Positions 1-8,919 of a stretch of DNA of 64,000 nucleotides are shown here, piece after piece (within the stretch, counting starts at the first letter, position 1; every line of letters begins with the position of its first letter). The stretch lies in the NCBI GenBank assembly GCA_017467565.1, contig JAFUSV010000001.1, positions 6,744 through 70,743 on the forward strand, in the 5' to 3' direction. This DNA comes from Prevotella sp. GTDB taxonomy: Bacteria; Bacteroidota; Bacteroidia; Bacteroidales; Bacteroidaceae. The notes under the pieces were generated by a model. It made no database searches. It was not told where the DNA came from and saw nothing but the letters and a program-made list of their open reading frames with translations. Made by a program: the position numbers and the translations under genes.

Positions 1-1388
1 TTTAGAGGTGATGGCGTGTATTCTTCTCCCCGTGAACTTGTGGAGTTAGTACTTCTACAACTGACAGTAGAGTTCCCATCTTTCCACCAGACATAAAGTG
101 ATGATCTTCCTGTGACGGTTGGTATCTCTCGTTTGTTCTGATACCCTTTTATCTTTTGGAGATAATCGTCAATACACTCTACAATATCTTTGCTTTGGTC
201 CGTTTGAACTGCATTGCAAGCACGTTTGAAGATGCCATCCTCAGGCTCATAGGTTACACCAATAGAATTACCGTCAGCATCAGTTTGTACATGTGGTTTT
301 AATCCTTCGACAAAATCCTCATAGTCAAGTGACTGATGGAATGTTGTGAAGAATATCTGATCTCCAAGTAATGAGTCATAGCGTTTCATCACAGCTTTAT
401 GGTCTGTGAGATCAATATCTGTAACGCCTAATGTCTTTAAGGCTATTGCAGCAGTATTATATGTCTTACCTGTGCCAGGAGCACCTTGAAGAATTATGTT
501 ACGCTTCTTTAAGAGAAGATTGGAGTATTTCTCCAAATATGCAATGTCATTCATATACTTTAACCAACTTTCGATGTAACGATATTGTTCTGTGCCTTTT
601 CCACATGAAGAGAATGTTCCTTGTGAGAATAATCCTGCTCGTGGCTGCCTAAACTCGTTTGCCCATGCCAGTATCTTGACTTTTCTAAAATTAACATTGA
701 TGAACTTCTCACACAGAGAATCACTATTGAAATTGTCACCTATAATCTGACATAATGCTAATGCTTGGCTGCCTCTTCTAACCAGAACGATATTCCCATT
801 TTCAATTGTTTTGAAGTTTTGGCATTGAGCATCATTCCATTCTCCAGTTCCAATTACAGGCTCAGACTCCATCAACATTAGATTAGGATCAATGATGGTT
901 CCACCTTTGCCCTCAGGAAGATGCATTTGAATATGCCAGAATTTATCATATTCTGTTTTTAGGGGCAATATGGGTACATGCACTTGCTCTATTTTTAGAA
1001 TATCTTCAACAGTCGTTTCGTTATGAATCCAGTATTTCTTTTCTGCGGAAGATTCATCATATTTAGCTAATTCCTTCTGCAAAATGAAATCCAAGCGCCC
1101 GTCCTGTACCTTGTTGTAGTAAGTTTTTAGAATCTTATCGGTATCAGTGCCATCACCATGATTTTCATCGTGCTTATCTTTGGTGTTATTTAAGTAGCCC
1201 ACGAATCTGCTTGGAGCAAAACAAATATGACCGTCAATTACCTCAACAACCATATTTTTGCCTCGCTTCAATTTATCAACAGCCCATTGCTTGTAGTCTT
1301 CACCGCTCTCGCCATGAAGATATGAGTACAAGGTTTCGATGTTCGAAATGATGTCCTCACGCTTTTCTATGTAATCTGTTCTTTCCAT
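1..1388 (-). CDS. mcrB: McrB-like AAA+ GTPase (type IV restriction motor), 3'-partial at window edge
   Basis: Not in the ORF track because it runs off the edge. Hand translation from ATG 1388 (MERTDYIEKRED...) gives KKRNIILQGAPGTGKTYNTA (Walker A), FTTFHQSLDYEDFVEG and DGIFKRAC, which are McrB family motifs. Confidence 0.85.
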   Translation of the reverse strand, partial: MERTDYIEKREDIISNIETLYSYLHGESGEDYKQWAVDKLKRGKNMVVEVIDGHICFAPSRFVGYLNNTKDKHDENHGDGTDTDKILKTYYNKVQDGRLDFILQKELAKYDESSAEKKYWIHNETTVEDILKIEQVHVPILPLKTEYDKFWHIQMHLPEGKGGTIIDPNLMLMESEPVIGTGEWNDAQCQNFKTIENGNIVLVRRGSQALALCQIIGDNFNSDSLCEKFINVNFRKVKILAWANEFRQPRAGLFSQGTFSSCGKGTEQYRYIESWLKYMNDIAYLEKYSNLLLKKRNIILQGAPGTGKTYNTAAIALKTLGVTDIDLTDHKAVMKRYDSLLGDQIFFTTFHQSLDYEDFVEGLKPHVQTDADGNSIGVTYEPEDGIFKRACNAVQTDQSKDIVECIDDYLQKIKGYQNKREIPTVTGRSSLYVWWKDGNSTVSCRSTNSTSSRGEEYTPSPL

Positions 1389-1419
1389 CGGAAATATTAA
1401 ACTTTAATTTCTCCATTCA

Positions 1420-1668
1420 TCAGCCTTGGGAGTAAGTGACCACGGCTTCCGTCATTTGCCTGTCCGTCATCCATGGATTCAGACGTTTCAAGGCCATGCG
1501 AAGATGCCGTGTCAGTACGACCTCGCTCTGCGTCTTGCGTCCAAGTGTACCTTGTTCGCCAAGTACCTCATTGTCGAAAACATACACAGACTTCCAGCCA
1601 AGCTCTTTTCCCAAGAGTTCGGCTGTCGATTTCTGTATTAATTGATCTTCGCTATAGTCTTTTGCCAT
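1420..1668 (-). pseudogene. hsdR: Truncated type I restriction subunit R (N-terminal 82 aa only)
   Basis: YSEDQLIQ...LGW...GTLGRKTQSEVVLTRHLRMALKRLNP is a typical HsdR N-terminus. The ORF stops after 82 codons, with no nuclease or helicase domains. Confidence 0.8.
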
Positions 1669-1687
1669 AATTATCCAAAATAATGAT

Positions 1688-2362
1688 TTATGCCATTTGT
1701 TTCAGTTTCTTTTGAAGAAAGAACAATACCACGCCGCAATACGGAATCAATCTTGACTTTTCATCTTTTTTATGCCTTGAACTGTATTTCTCAATATACT
1801 TTGAAAGAACAGCCTTGTTCCAAGGCTTTCCTCCATTATGTGCAATCAGTTCTTTTTTTACAGCTTCCCAAGTTTTCTTCCTATTCTCTTTAAGAATAGG
1901 GGTGTTGAGATTCAGAACATCATTGATTTCCTTATTATATTGTTCGTTTGAAGAAACAATTTCCCCATCCATTTTATAAGACAGCGTTGCTATGAAATTT
2001 GCATCAAGTGGAGTAAACAAAATATCCTTACTACCCTTCAGTCGGTCACAATGTTCCTCGTTTCCAATATGACCAGGGCAACAAACCACCATATTAGAAT
2101 AATCCAATTTTTTATCGTCATGATTTTCACGACTCTGTATATGTTCAACTCGATGATCTTCATCTGTAAGGACATAGTTTATACCATCTTTCTTATATAA
2201 TCTGTCCTTGTGAGGAATACGTCGCATACAATAGGCACAAATGTAGCCTTGCTCTTCTAAAAGGGCATCAACAAGTTCCGGGATTGATTGATAGTCAACC
2301 CCAGGAGTGCATCTATATTCCTGCCACTCTTTGGGTTCTGATTTCTTTTGAATAAGTATCAT
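1688..2362 (-). CDS. ptuB: Septu/retron-type HNH endonuclease (PtuB/TIGR02646-like)
   Basis: LLEEQGYICAYCMRRI...VEHIQSR...LDYSNMVVCC...HCDRLKG. Starts 2 nt after the ATPase stop. Confidence 0.8.
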   Translation of the reverse strand: MILIQKKSEPKEWQEYRCTPGVDYQSIPELVDALLEEQGYICAYCMRRIPHKDRLYKKDGINYVLTDEDHRVEHIQSRENHDDKKLDYSNMVVCCPGHIGNEEHCDRLKGSKDILFTPLDANFIATLSYKMDGEIVSSNEQYNKEINDVLNLNTPILKENRKKTWEAVKKELIAHNGGKPWNKAVLSKYIEKYSSRHKKDEKSRLIPYCGVVLFFLQKKLKQMA

Positions 2363-2364
2363 AA

Positions 2365-3684
2365 TCAGTCTTCGTAAAAAGATAGAGTAGCCTCAATTTT
2401 AGACAGTTCAGGATTTGCATCACTTCCTGGTCGCTCCTGCATTTTTTCTAATGCAGTTCTGGCATCAGAGTATTTTTCAGCATCAATCAATGATTCAATA
2501 TTTTTTATTTCATCATCTATAGCTAAATCTCGAGGGGGCTGGTCCATATAGACCTGCATGATGGTAGACGCATCCAATCCGTATGTATTAAGTTCTTTGT
2601 GACTATATATGCCATCCTTGTATTCCAGCTTATACACCACGTTTTCTGGAGCATTTTCTACAGATGACATTACCAATGGCGCATGAGTACTGACAATAAA
2701 CTGAATCTTTGGGAACGTGTTGTGCAAAGCCTTTAGGATGCGAACTTGAAGCTCCGGATGCAGGTGCTCATCTATCTCGTCGATGATTACTGTACCGTGA
2801 GTCTGCTTATATGCTTCGTCACCATACATCGCTTTATTCAACAATGCACATCTAAATGCTATATCCATGACAATATTTACAAGTCTGCGATAGCCATCAG
2901 ACAATAGTTCAAACTTAGACTCTCTTCCATCTACAAAATGGAAGTAAACCTGACCATCATTGTGTCGTATATCAATATCATCTATGATGTTGCAACCATT
3001 GGAACCCAAAGCATCAATAATAGCATTTCTTACTATACTGATTTCATCTTCCCCCTTTTTAGCCTCCTTCAAGACAAGCAATCTCTTTATCCAACATTCC
3101 ATCAGACCCTTGCAGTCATAACTTTCAAAATAGCCAAACGAAGGTTTGGGTTGATGTTTCTTAAACTTGTTCTTATCAAATTTGCGAACCGTATGAATGT
3201 CTTCTGTGGAAAAACAAGCATATAAAGGCAATGCATGATTTTGACGAATTTCCCCGTCAACAATCTCATGAGAATGCTTTTGAAGCAATGAAGCATATTC
3301 TTTTAATGCCGTTAATCCTGTAACAAGATTACGTGAATTCTTTTTTGACTTCTTCTCTATCTTATATTCACCATCTAAATCTAATTCTATTATGCTTCCA
3401 CTGGAACTTTCTATTTTTTGAAAATCCCAACTGCCAAAATTAAATGAAATCTCTACAGGAAGTTCTGCTATTCCAGTATTTCTGAAATCATCGTTATCTG
3501 CACTCTTCCACGTTGTGTTTTCATCACTATAACCTGAGAAGAAGGAATTCATAACAAGATTACAAGCTCGTAGCAAAGAAGTCTTACCTACGGAATTATC
3601 ACCGATCAGCAGATTGATTCCGCTCCGAAATTCGATGCTTTTATTTTCGTAGCATCTGAAATTTTTGATTACGATGTTGCGCAT
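2365..3684 (-). CDS. ptuA: Septu-type AAA/ABC ATPase (PtuA-like)
   Basis: Walker A GDNSVGKTS, signature LSDGY, Walker B IIDEIDEHLHPELQ, H-loop IVSTHAP. Paired with the HNH gene. Confidence 0.8.
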   Translation of the reverse strand: MRNIVIKNFRCYENKSIEFRSGINLLIGDNSVGKTSLLRACNLVMNSFFSGYSDENTTWKSADNDDFRNTGIAELPVEISFNFGSWDFQKIESSSGSIIELDLDGEYKIEKKSKKNSRNLVTGLTALKEYASLLQKHSHEIVDGEIRQNHALPLYACFSTEDIHTVRKFDKNKFKKHQPKPSFGYFESYDCKGLMECWIKRLLVLKEAKKGEDEISIVRNAIIDALGSNGCNIIDDIDIRHNDGQVYFHFVDGRESKFELLSDGYRRLVNIVMDIAFRCALLNKAMYGDEAYKQTHGTVIIDEIDEHLHPELQVRILKALHNTFPKIQFIVSTHAPLVMSSVENAPENVVYKLEYKDGIYSHKELNTYGLDASTIMQVYMDQPPRDLAIDDEIKNIESLIDAEKYSDARTALEKMQERPGSDANPELSKIEATLSFYED

Positions 3685-3709
3685 ATTAGTTTGTCTTTAT
3701 TTTATTATT

Positions 3710-4900
3710 CTATATTTCTATCTCGCCGCTCATCAGTTTGGGAAGCAGGCGGTCGCGTGCCTCGGTGAGGAGGCGGATTTGAGTATCTACACTTTCTATC
3801 TTTTTATCTAGTTTAGAAGCGAACGACTCAAATGCCTTAATTGTTTTCATTGGCGGAACAATAAACTCTTGACCTAATAATTCTACTTTGGAGATAGAAG
3901 CGAATATAGAACCATTACCGATGATATTGTCCATAAAGAATCTGTCTTTGAGCATATAAAACAGGAAACTTTGGAAACCATCTTTATGGTTCATAGCTGC
4001 CAGGCCACGACCAATGACAATCTTGTTCTTTGTTATATTTAAGCGACCGACAGGGGCTCTTACACTGAACAGAATGCTGTTAGATTTTGCTAATCGTGTT
4101 ATAGATGTAGTGTACACGTTATCATCAACAAATCGTGTTCCATAGCTTCCAACTCCTTGATGGAATGGTAAGCCTTGCTTTTCATTGTTGTAAAACTCCG
4201 ACTTAGGACTTGACCCCATTACTACCTCGGCAAAATCATGGAGCTTCTTCTTCTCCCACCCCTCAGGCACGCCATCGACGATTTTTGTGTTTTCGTGTCC
4301 GGGGAAATGAAGGTCAACGAACCATTCCTTATAGAGTCTCTGCGCAGCTTCTTCCAATAGCTTTATCTGCTTCTGATAATTCTCTATTAGTGAGTCGTAG
4401 CGAGATAGGATAGAGGCAATGCGAAGCTGGGTTTCCATTGGCGGTAATTCTACCTCCATGTTAAGCAAGTCGTTATTTGCAAGACTTGCTCTGGTTGTCA
4501 TGGTTGAGAATGCCATGAACTGACCACGAAACTTAGGTGTACGTAAATAGTAACCAATGTAGCGTGGGTTAACCCTATCTGTTATTGGACGAAGTCTTTT
4601 GGTGAAACCATTATATGTTGCATTTGGATAATCCTTCAGTGCAACAGAACTCATTCCAAGTTCATCCATTGTTTCGCTTGTACGAGTAATGAAGACATCA
4701 CCTGCTTTTATCGAACATGCTTCACGTTCTTTATCAGTCGTTTGTACAAGAGATTCTAACTGCTTAGGCAAGAACCAATTGTTAAATACGTTGGAAAAAG
4801 TAAGGAATGGGAAACCTGTACCAAAGAACTGTCGTCCCTTGGATAAACCATTGTGAACCTCGTAAAGTTCGTCCAACTTCACTTTCTTCCATTCGCTCAT
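3710..4900 (-). CDS. hsdS: Type I R-M specificity subunit
   Basis: Two-TRD layout with central PPMETQLRIASIL...LYKEWFV...VPEGWE and C-terminal LTEARDRLLPKLMSGEI. Confidence 0.93.
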   Translation of the reverse strand: MSEWKKVKLDELYEVHNGLSKGRQFFGTGFPFLTFSNVFNNWFLPKQLESLVQTTDKEREACSIKAGDVFITRTSETMDELGMSSVALKDYPNATYNGFTKRLRPITDRVNPRYIGYYLRTPKFRGQFMAFSTMTTRASLANNDLLNMEVELPPMETQLRIASILSRYDSLIENYQKQIKLLEEAAQRLYKEWFVDLHFPGHENTKIVDGVPEGWEKKKLHDFAEVVMGSSPKSEFYNNEKQGLPFHQGVGSYGTRFVDDNVYTTSITRLAKSNSILFSVRAPVGRLNITKNKIVIGRGLAAMNHKDGFQSFLFYMLKDRFFMDNIIGNGSIFASISKVELLGQEFIVPPMKTIKAFESFASKLDKKIESVDTQIRLLTEARDRLLPKLMSGEIEI

Positions 4901-5985
4901 TCCTCATCCTCCTTTCTTTCATTTCCCCATTTAGCCTTTGCAACTTCAAGGGACTTTTGTATCTGTTGCACGAGGACATCGCGCGGAGGTAGTTCTGTCA
5001 TATACTGAGCCACCTTTATTCCCGATTTGTCGAGTTGGAGAAGTTCTATCTGTTCCTCACTGCCCTCAGTACAAAGCAGTAACCCAAGCGGGCTTTCCTC
5101 GCCAGTCTCCATTTCATTCTGCTCAAGCCAACGTAGATACAGTTCCATCTGACCTTTGTATTGAGCTTTGAAACGACCGAGTTTCAGATCAATGGCAATA
5201 AGGCGATGTAGCTTGCGGTGATAGAATAGCAGGTCAAGATAGAAATCCTCTCCGTCAATAATCATACGCTTTTGACGCTCAGCAAAGCAGAATCCATTTC
5301 CAAGTTCAAGAATGAACTGTTCCAGATGCGCGACAAGACTATCTTCCAAGTCCTTCTCGCTATACAAGCCTTTTAGCCCAGTAAATTCAAGGAAATAAGG
5401 GCTTTTGAACACTACATCAGGAGAAACAACTTTATTATCTCTAACATTGGCAAGTTCCTGTTTTACAACTTCCTCAGGCTTTGAAGATAATGCAGTACGC
5501 TCGTATAGCATTCCATCAATTTCTTTGCGAAGCTGACGAACGCTCCATCTATTGGCTGATGCCAGCGTGAAATAATAATCACGTTGCAGTTCGTCTTTCA
5601 ATGGCAGTAGCTCCACGAAATGCGACCATGATAATTGTCGCGACGCTGTCGAGACAATCTGAGAATCAGGAAAAAGGGTTGCGAACTGCATGTGACGATA
5701 CAGGCTTTTCATGTCAAAGCCTTTGTGTCCGTAGATATTCCGTAATTGTCGTGACACTGTCGCGACAATCTGCTTTCCATAATCAGCTCGTTCATTTCCA
5801 AGCACGTCGCGGTTAATTCGCTCGCCAATATGCCAGTACATCATGGTTAGCTCATAGTTGGCTGTAGATGCCACATGAATTCGCGCTTCGTCAATGATTT
5901 GGCGGAGGTCATTCATCAAATTTCCAACTACTGTACCCATTGCTGAAATATCGGTTGACCCTATTGGTTTTATCTCGTTTGCCAT
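4897..5985 (-). CDS. yhcG: DUF1016/YhcG PD-(D/E)XK nuclease family protein
   Basis: YWHIGERI, QLSWSHF, KSPYFLEF, DLLFYHRKL..IDLK, GQMELY motifs. Confidence 0.9.
   Translation of the reverse strand: MANEIKPIGSTDISAMGTVVGNLMNDLRQIIDEARIHVASTANYELTMMYWHIGERINRDVLGNERADYGKQIVATVSRQLRNIYGHKGFDMKSLYRHMQFATLFPDSQIVSTASRQLSWSHFVELLPLKDELQRDYYFTLASANRWSVRQLRKEIDGMLYERTALSSKPEEVVKQELANVRDNKVVSPDVVFKSPYFLEFTGLKGLYSEKDLEDSLVAHLEQFILELGNGFCFAERQKRMIIDGEDFYLDLLFYHRKLHRLIAIDLKLGRFKAQYKGQMELYLRWLEQNEMETGEESPLGLLLCTEGSEEQIELLQLDKSGIKVAQYMTELPPRDVLVQQIQKSLEVAKAKWGNERKEDEE
5634..5769. repeat. Two 25-bp imperfect palindromes inside yhcG
   Basis: ATTGTCGCGACGCTGTCGAGACAAT (5634-5658) and ATTGTCGTGACACTGTCGCGACAAT (5745-5769). 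Confidence 0.75.
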
Positions 5986-5988
5986 GAT

Positions 5989-7854
5989 TTACTTCGTGTT
6001 AAGAGTTTCCCATTCCTTCATTATCTCACTCATTAGCACATTGGCTTCTTTGTTGAGAGAGGCGAGTTCGGTATGGATTTCATTCATACGCTCATGGAAG
6101 TCAACGCCATCGTCCTCGACTTCGGCAACACCCACGTATGCACCGGGGGTAAGCGAGTAGTTCTTTTCCTCTATCTCCTGAATAGTGGCAATCTTGCAAA
6201 GACCAAGCACATCCTGATATTCGCCTTCAAGACCGAACTTTGAAGTGAGCCAAATGGCTTCGTTTACCATATCTTTGGCTTCAAGAGTAACAGCAAGTTC
6301 CGCCTCATTGGAGGTAATGACAGCCTTCAGTTCATCCTTCTCCTTTTTCCCTTTTGTCTTTTTGAGGGCATCTTGTTGGTCTTTGATATACTTTTTGTAC
6401 ATCGCCTCCTCGGAGTTGAGCACACCAAGGGCTTTCTCGAAAGTCATGTCACGATCTTGCCAAGAACAAGAATCATGCCTCTCGGCATGTTCGCTAAGCG
6501 CATTCCAATACTCATTGATAAGCGACTTATACTTGTCCTGTTCTCCACGATACAGATGGACAATAGCTTGCAAGTTTTTCAATTGCCATTCTGACCATTC
6601 ATTAAGAGTACGGTCAACAACGGTATAATAGTTGCGGGCATCGATGAAAAGTACACGATTCTTATTCTCTAAACGCTTTGCCTTATCAAAGAACCACAGC
6701 GAGCAAGGGAGCGAGAGGGTGTAGAAGAAGTTGTTACCCACACTCACCATAACATCCACATCGCCTGTCAAAACAAGTTTTTCACGGATGTCACGATCCT
6801 TATTGGCACTATCCGTTGCCGATGATGCCATAACGAATCCTGCACGACCATGGTCATTGAGGTAGGCATAGAAATATGAAATCCAGAGATAGTTGGCATT
6901 ACCAATCTCTTTTGTCTTAGCATTAACACCAGGCAAGCCGAATGGCAGACGACCAGCAGCAGATGCTGATTCCGATTTTACTTTATCAACATTGAATGGA
7001 GGATTCGCCATCACGTAGTCACACTTTCCTGCAAGGTTGTGTGCATCATGATAGAAGGAGTTAGCCTCATCGCCAGAGACAATCCTGCCATTCAAACCGT
7101 GTACTGCCATGTTCATCAGACAGAGTTGGGCATTGTATTCCACCTTTTCCTGACCGTAGAAGGTCATCTGTGTATTGGCATTCATGCCACCAGCATTCAC
7201 AAAGTCGCCAGTTTGAACGAACATACCTCCCGAACCACAAGCAGGATCAAGCATTACACCCTGTTCTGGCTCCAGTACATTTACGAGCATCTTTACCAAA
7301 GATTTAGGAGTAAAGAACACGCCATCGTCTGATGCTACAGCCTTGGCAAACTTACTGAGGAAGTACTCATAAATACGACCTATAACATCGCCACCGATTT
7401 CGTCGAGTGTCTTGTTGTTAAAGATACGAAGGAGTTCACGCAGCAGCTCATCACTGAACATAGTGTATGATTTAGGCAGAATACCTGTCAACTGTTCGCT
7501 TTGTTCTTCGACCAGAGCCATAGCGCGATTGACAGCCTCGCCCAAAGGTTGGTCATCCGACAGATTTACCAGATAGTCAAACTGAGCCTCACGAGGAAGG
7601 TAGAGAGCACTTTTAGCAGCAAAGTCACTTGGTTCAACAGGCATTACGCGACCACCACGACTTGGACGATTCTTCAGCAATTCAGCTTCAACCATCTTGA
7701 AGCGACTATATGCGTATCTTAGAAACAGCAATGCCAATACCGGCATACAGTATTGGCTCGATGTAAGTTTACTTCCTGCACGAAGCAGGTCTGCCGACTC
7801 CCAAAGGTCAGCTTCCAGTTTGCGAATATTTATCTTTACAGTCATTTGCTTCAA
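5989..7854 (-). CDS. hsdM: Type I R-M N6-adenine methyltransferase subunit
   Basis: LWESADLLR, FFTPKS, DPACGSGG (SAM binding), ANPPFN (catalytic), YSLTPGAYVG. Confidence 0.95.
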   Translation of the reverse strand: MKQMTVKINIRKLEADLWESADLLRAGSKLTSSQYCMPVLALLFLRYAYSRFKMVEAELLKNRPSRGGRVMPVEPSDFAAKSALYLPREAQFDYLVNLSDDQPLGEAVNRAMALVEEQSEQLTGILPKSYTMFSDELLRELLRIFNNKTLDEIGGDVIGRIYEYFLSKFAKAVASDDGVFFTPKSLVKMLVNVLEPEQGVMLDPACGSGGMFVQTGDFVNAGGMNANTQMTFYGQEKVEYNAQLCLMNMAVHGLNGRIVSGDEANSFYHDAHNLAGKCDYVMANPPFNVDKVKSESASAAGRLPFGLPGVNAKTKEIGNANYLWISYFYAYLNDHGRAGFVMASSATDSANKDRDIREKLVLTGDVDVMVSVGNNFFYTLSLPCSLWFFDKAKRLENKNRVLFIDARNYYTVVDRTLNEWSEWQLKNLQAIVHLYRGEQDKYKSLINEYWNALSEHAERHDSCSWQDRDMTFEKALGVLNSEEAMYKKYIKDQQDALKKTKGKKEKDELKAVITSNEAELAVTLEAKDMVNEAIWLTSKFGLEGEYQDVLGLCKIATIQEIEEKNYSLTPGAYVGVAEVEDDGVDFHERMNEIHTELASLNKEANVLMSEIMKEWETLNTK

Positions 7855-8067
7855 TTATAAAGGTTGTTCATTGCTTACAAGGTCGCTCATTTTAACCTGT
7901 AGGATTTCTGCAATCTTTTTGATTGTCTCTAATGAAGGCTGTGCTTTGTTGGTACACCACTTACTAATAGTTGCAGGGTCTTTTCCCATTTGCTCTGCTA
8001 ACCATTTTGCTGTTTTGTGCTGTTCAACAAGCACCACTTTCAATCTGTTGAGGTCTTTATTTGCCAT
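7855..8067 (-). CDS. XRE-family HTH regulator leading the R-M operon
   Basis: LNRLKVVLVE...WLAEQMGKDPATISKWCTNKAQPSLETI. Directly abuts hsdM. Confidence 0.88.
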   Translation of the reverse strand: MANKDLNRLKVVLVEQHKTAKWLAEQMGKDPATISKWCTNKAQPSLETIKKIAEILQVKMSDLVSNEQPL

Positions 8068-8400
8068 TATACAAAATTTAATGCAGCAAAAATACTAATT
8101 TTTCATGTAAAACGTGCAAGAATAAACAAAAATATGACAAAATGCGGCAATTTTCTTTGCTTTTTAGTTCAATTGAGACTAAAAATCACGAAATTGACAC
8201 CAATATTTGTGAGATTGAAAGCCACAGCTAGAATTAAGACAATGACTTGTCGGAACCCTTATCCTCCATTTAAGTACCAAGTTTGAATATCGAAGCGTGT
8301 AAGCAATTCACTATAATCATCCCACAATCACCAATATGGTGCATTATCTAAAATCGCTTTCAGAAATGTTGCTATTTTGTTACCCGATTAATTATAACAT

Positions 8401-8919
8401 CTATGTATCTATCTTATATTCAATGCTTTTATACAATTCTGTAGGATAAAAGCCTAATTCCTCTACGTAGGTCTTCCAGCACCGCTCGGCGATGCCAAGT
8501 ATGTTGCTGGCACTGGCTGTCTGGCCGCCGATGGAGAGGTGCGAGGGGTCATTGCCGAAGCGGACGTCCCAGAACACGGCGAAGTGCTCGCTCTCCATGG
8601 AGTGGCTGAAGTTGTAGCCCTCCTTGGATGTCTTGCTGGTGTAGTTGGTTTCGCGATAGGTGTAGGGTTTCAGCAGGATGCGTCCGGGGTCCTTGAAGAG
8701 CATGTCGGCCGCATCGATGGGTATGGTCACCGTCATGTTGTCAACCTTCAACTGTCCGTTCTTGATTTCGAACGAGTCCACGTCGGCTATCCTGACGGCG
8801 GTGTTATCGCGGAATCGGTCGTCGTAGCGCACCCATAGCGTGTCCTGCGCCAGGGCGCTGAAACAGAATGTAAAAATGTAAAAATGAAATAATGTAATAA
8901 TTGACAGTGTCCGTTTCAT
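8401..8919 (-). pseudogene. Secreted protein (DUF6055-like by eye), probably 3'-truncated by the island
   Basis: Signal peptide plus ESEHFAVFW...ERCWKTYVEELGF. The last ~20 codons are AT-rich island-like sequence. Confidence 0.6.

Larger units (their letters stand above)
1..8460. mobile_element. Right end of an AT-rich defence island / integrative element
   Basis: Abrupt AT-rich to GC-rich change near 8460 inside ORF 8401-8919, defence cargo, and TGTTGCTA/TGTTACCC near 8367-8385. No integrase is visible in the window. Confidence 0.65.

Noticed and set aside
1688-3684. Retron (Ec78/Ec83-like)
   Set aside because: No reverse transcriptase, and only 25 nt between hsdS and ptuA, leaving no room for msr-msd.
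3710-4900. hsdS shufflon
   Set aside because: Single hsdS, with no silent TRD copies, invertase or flanking inverted repeats seen.
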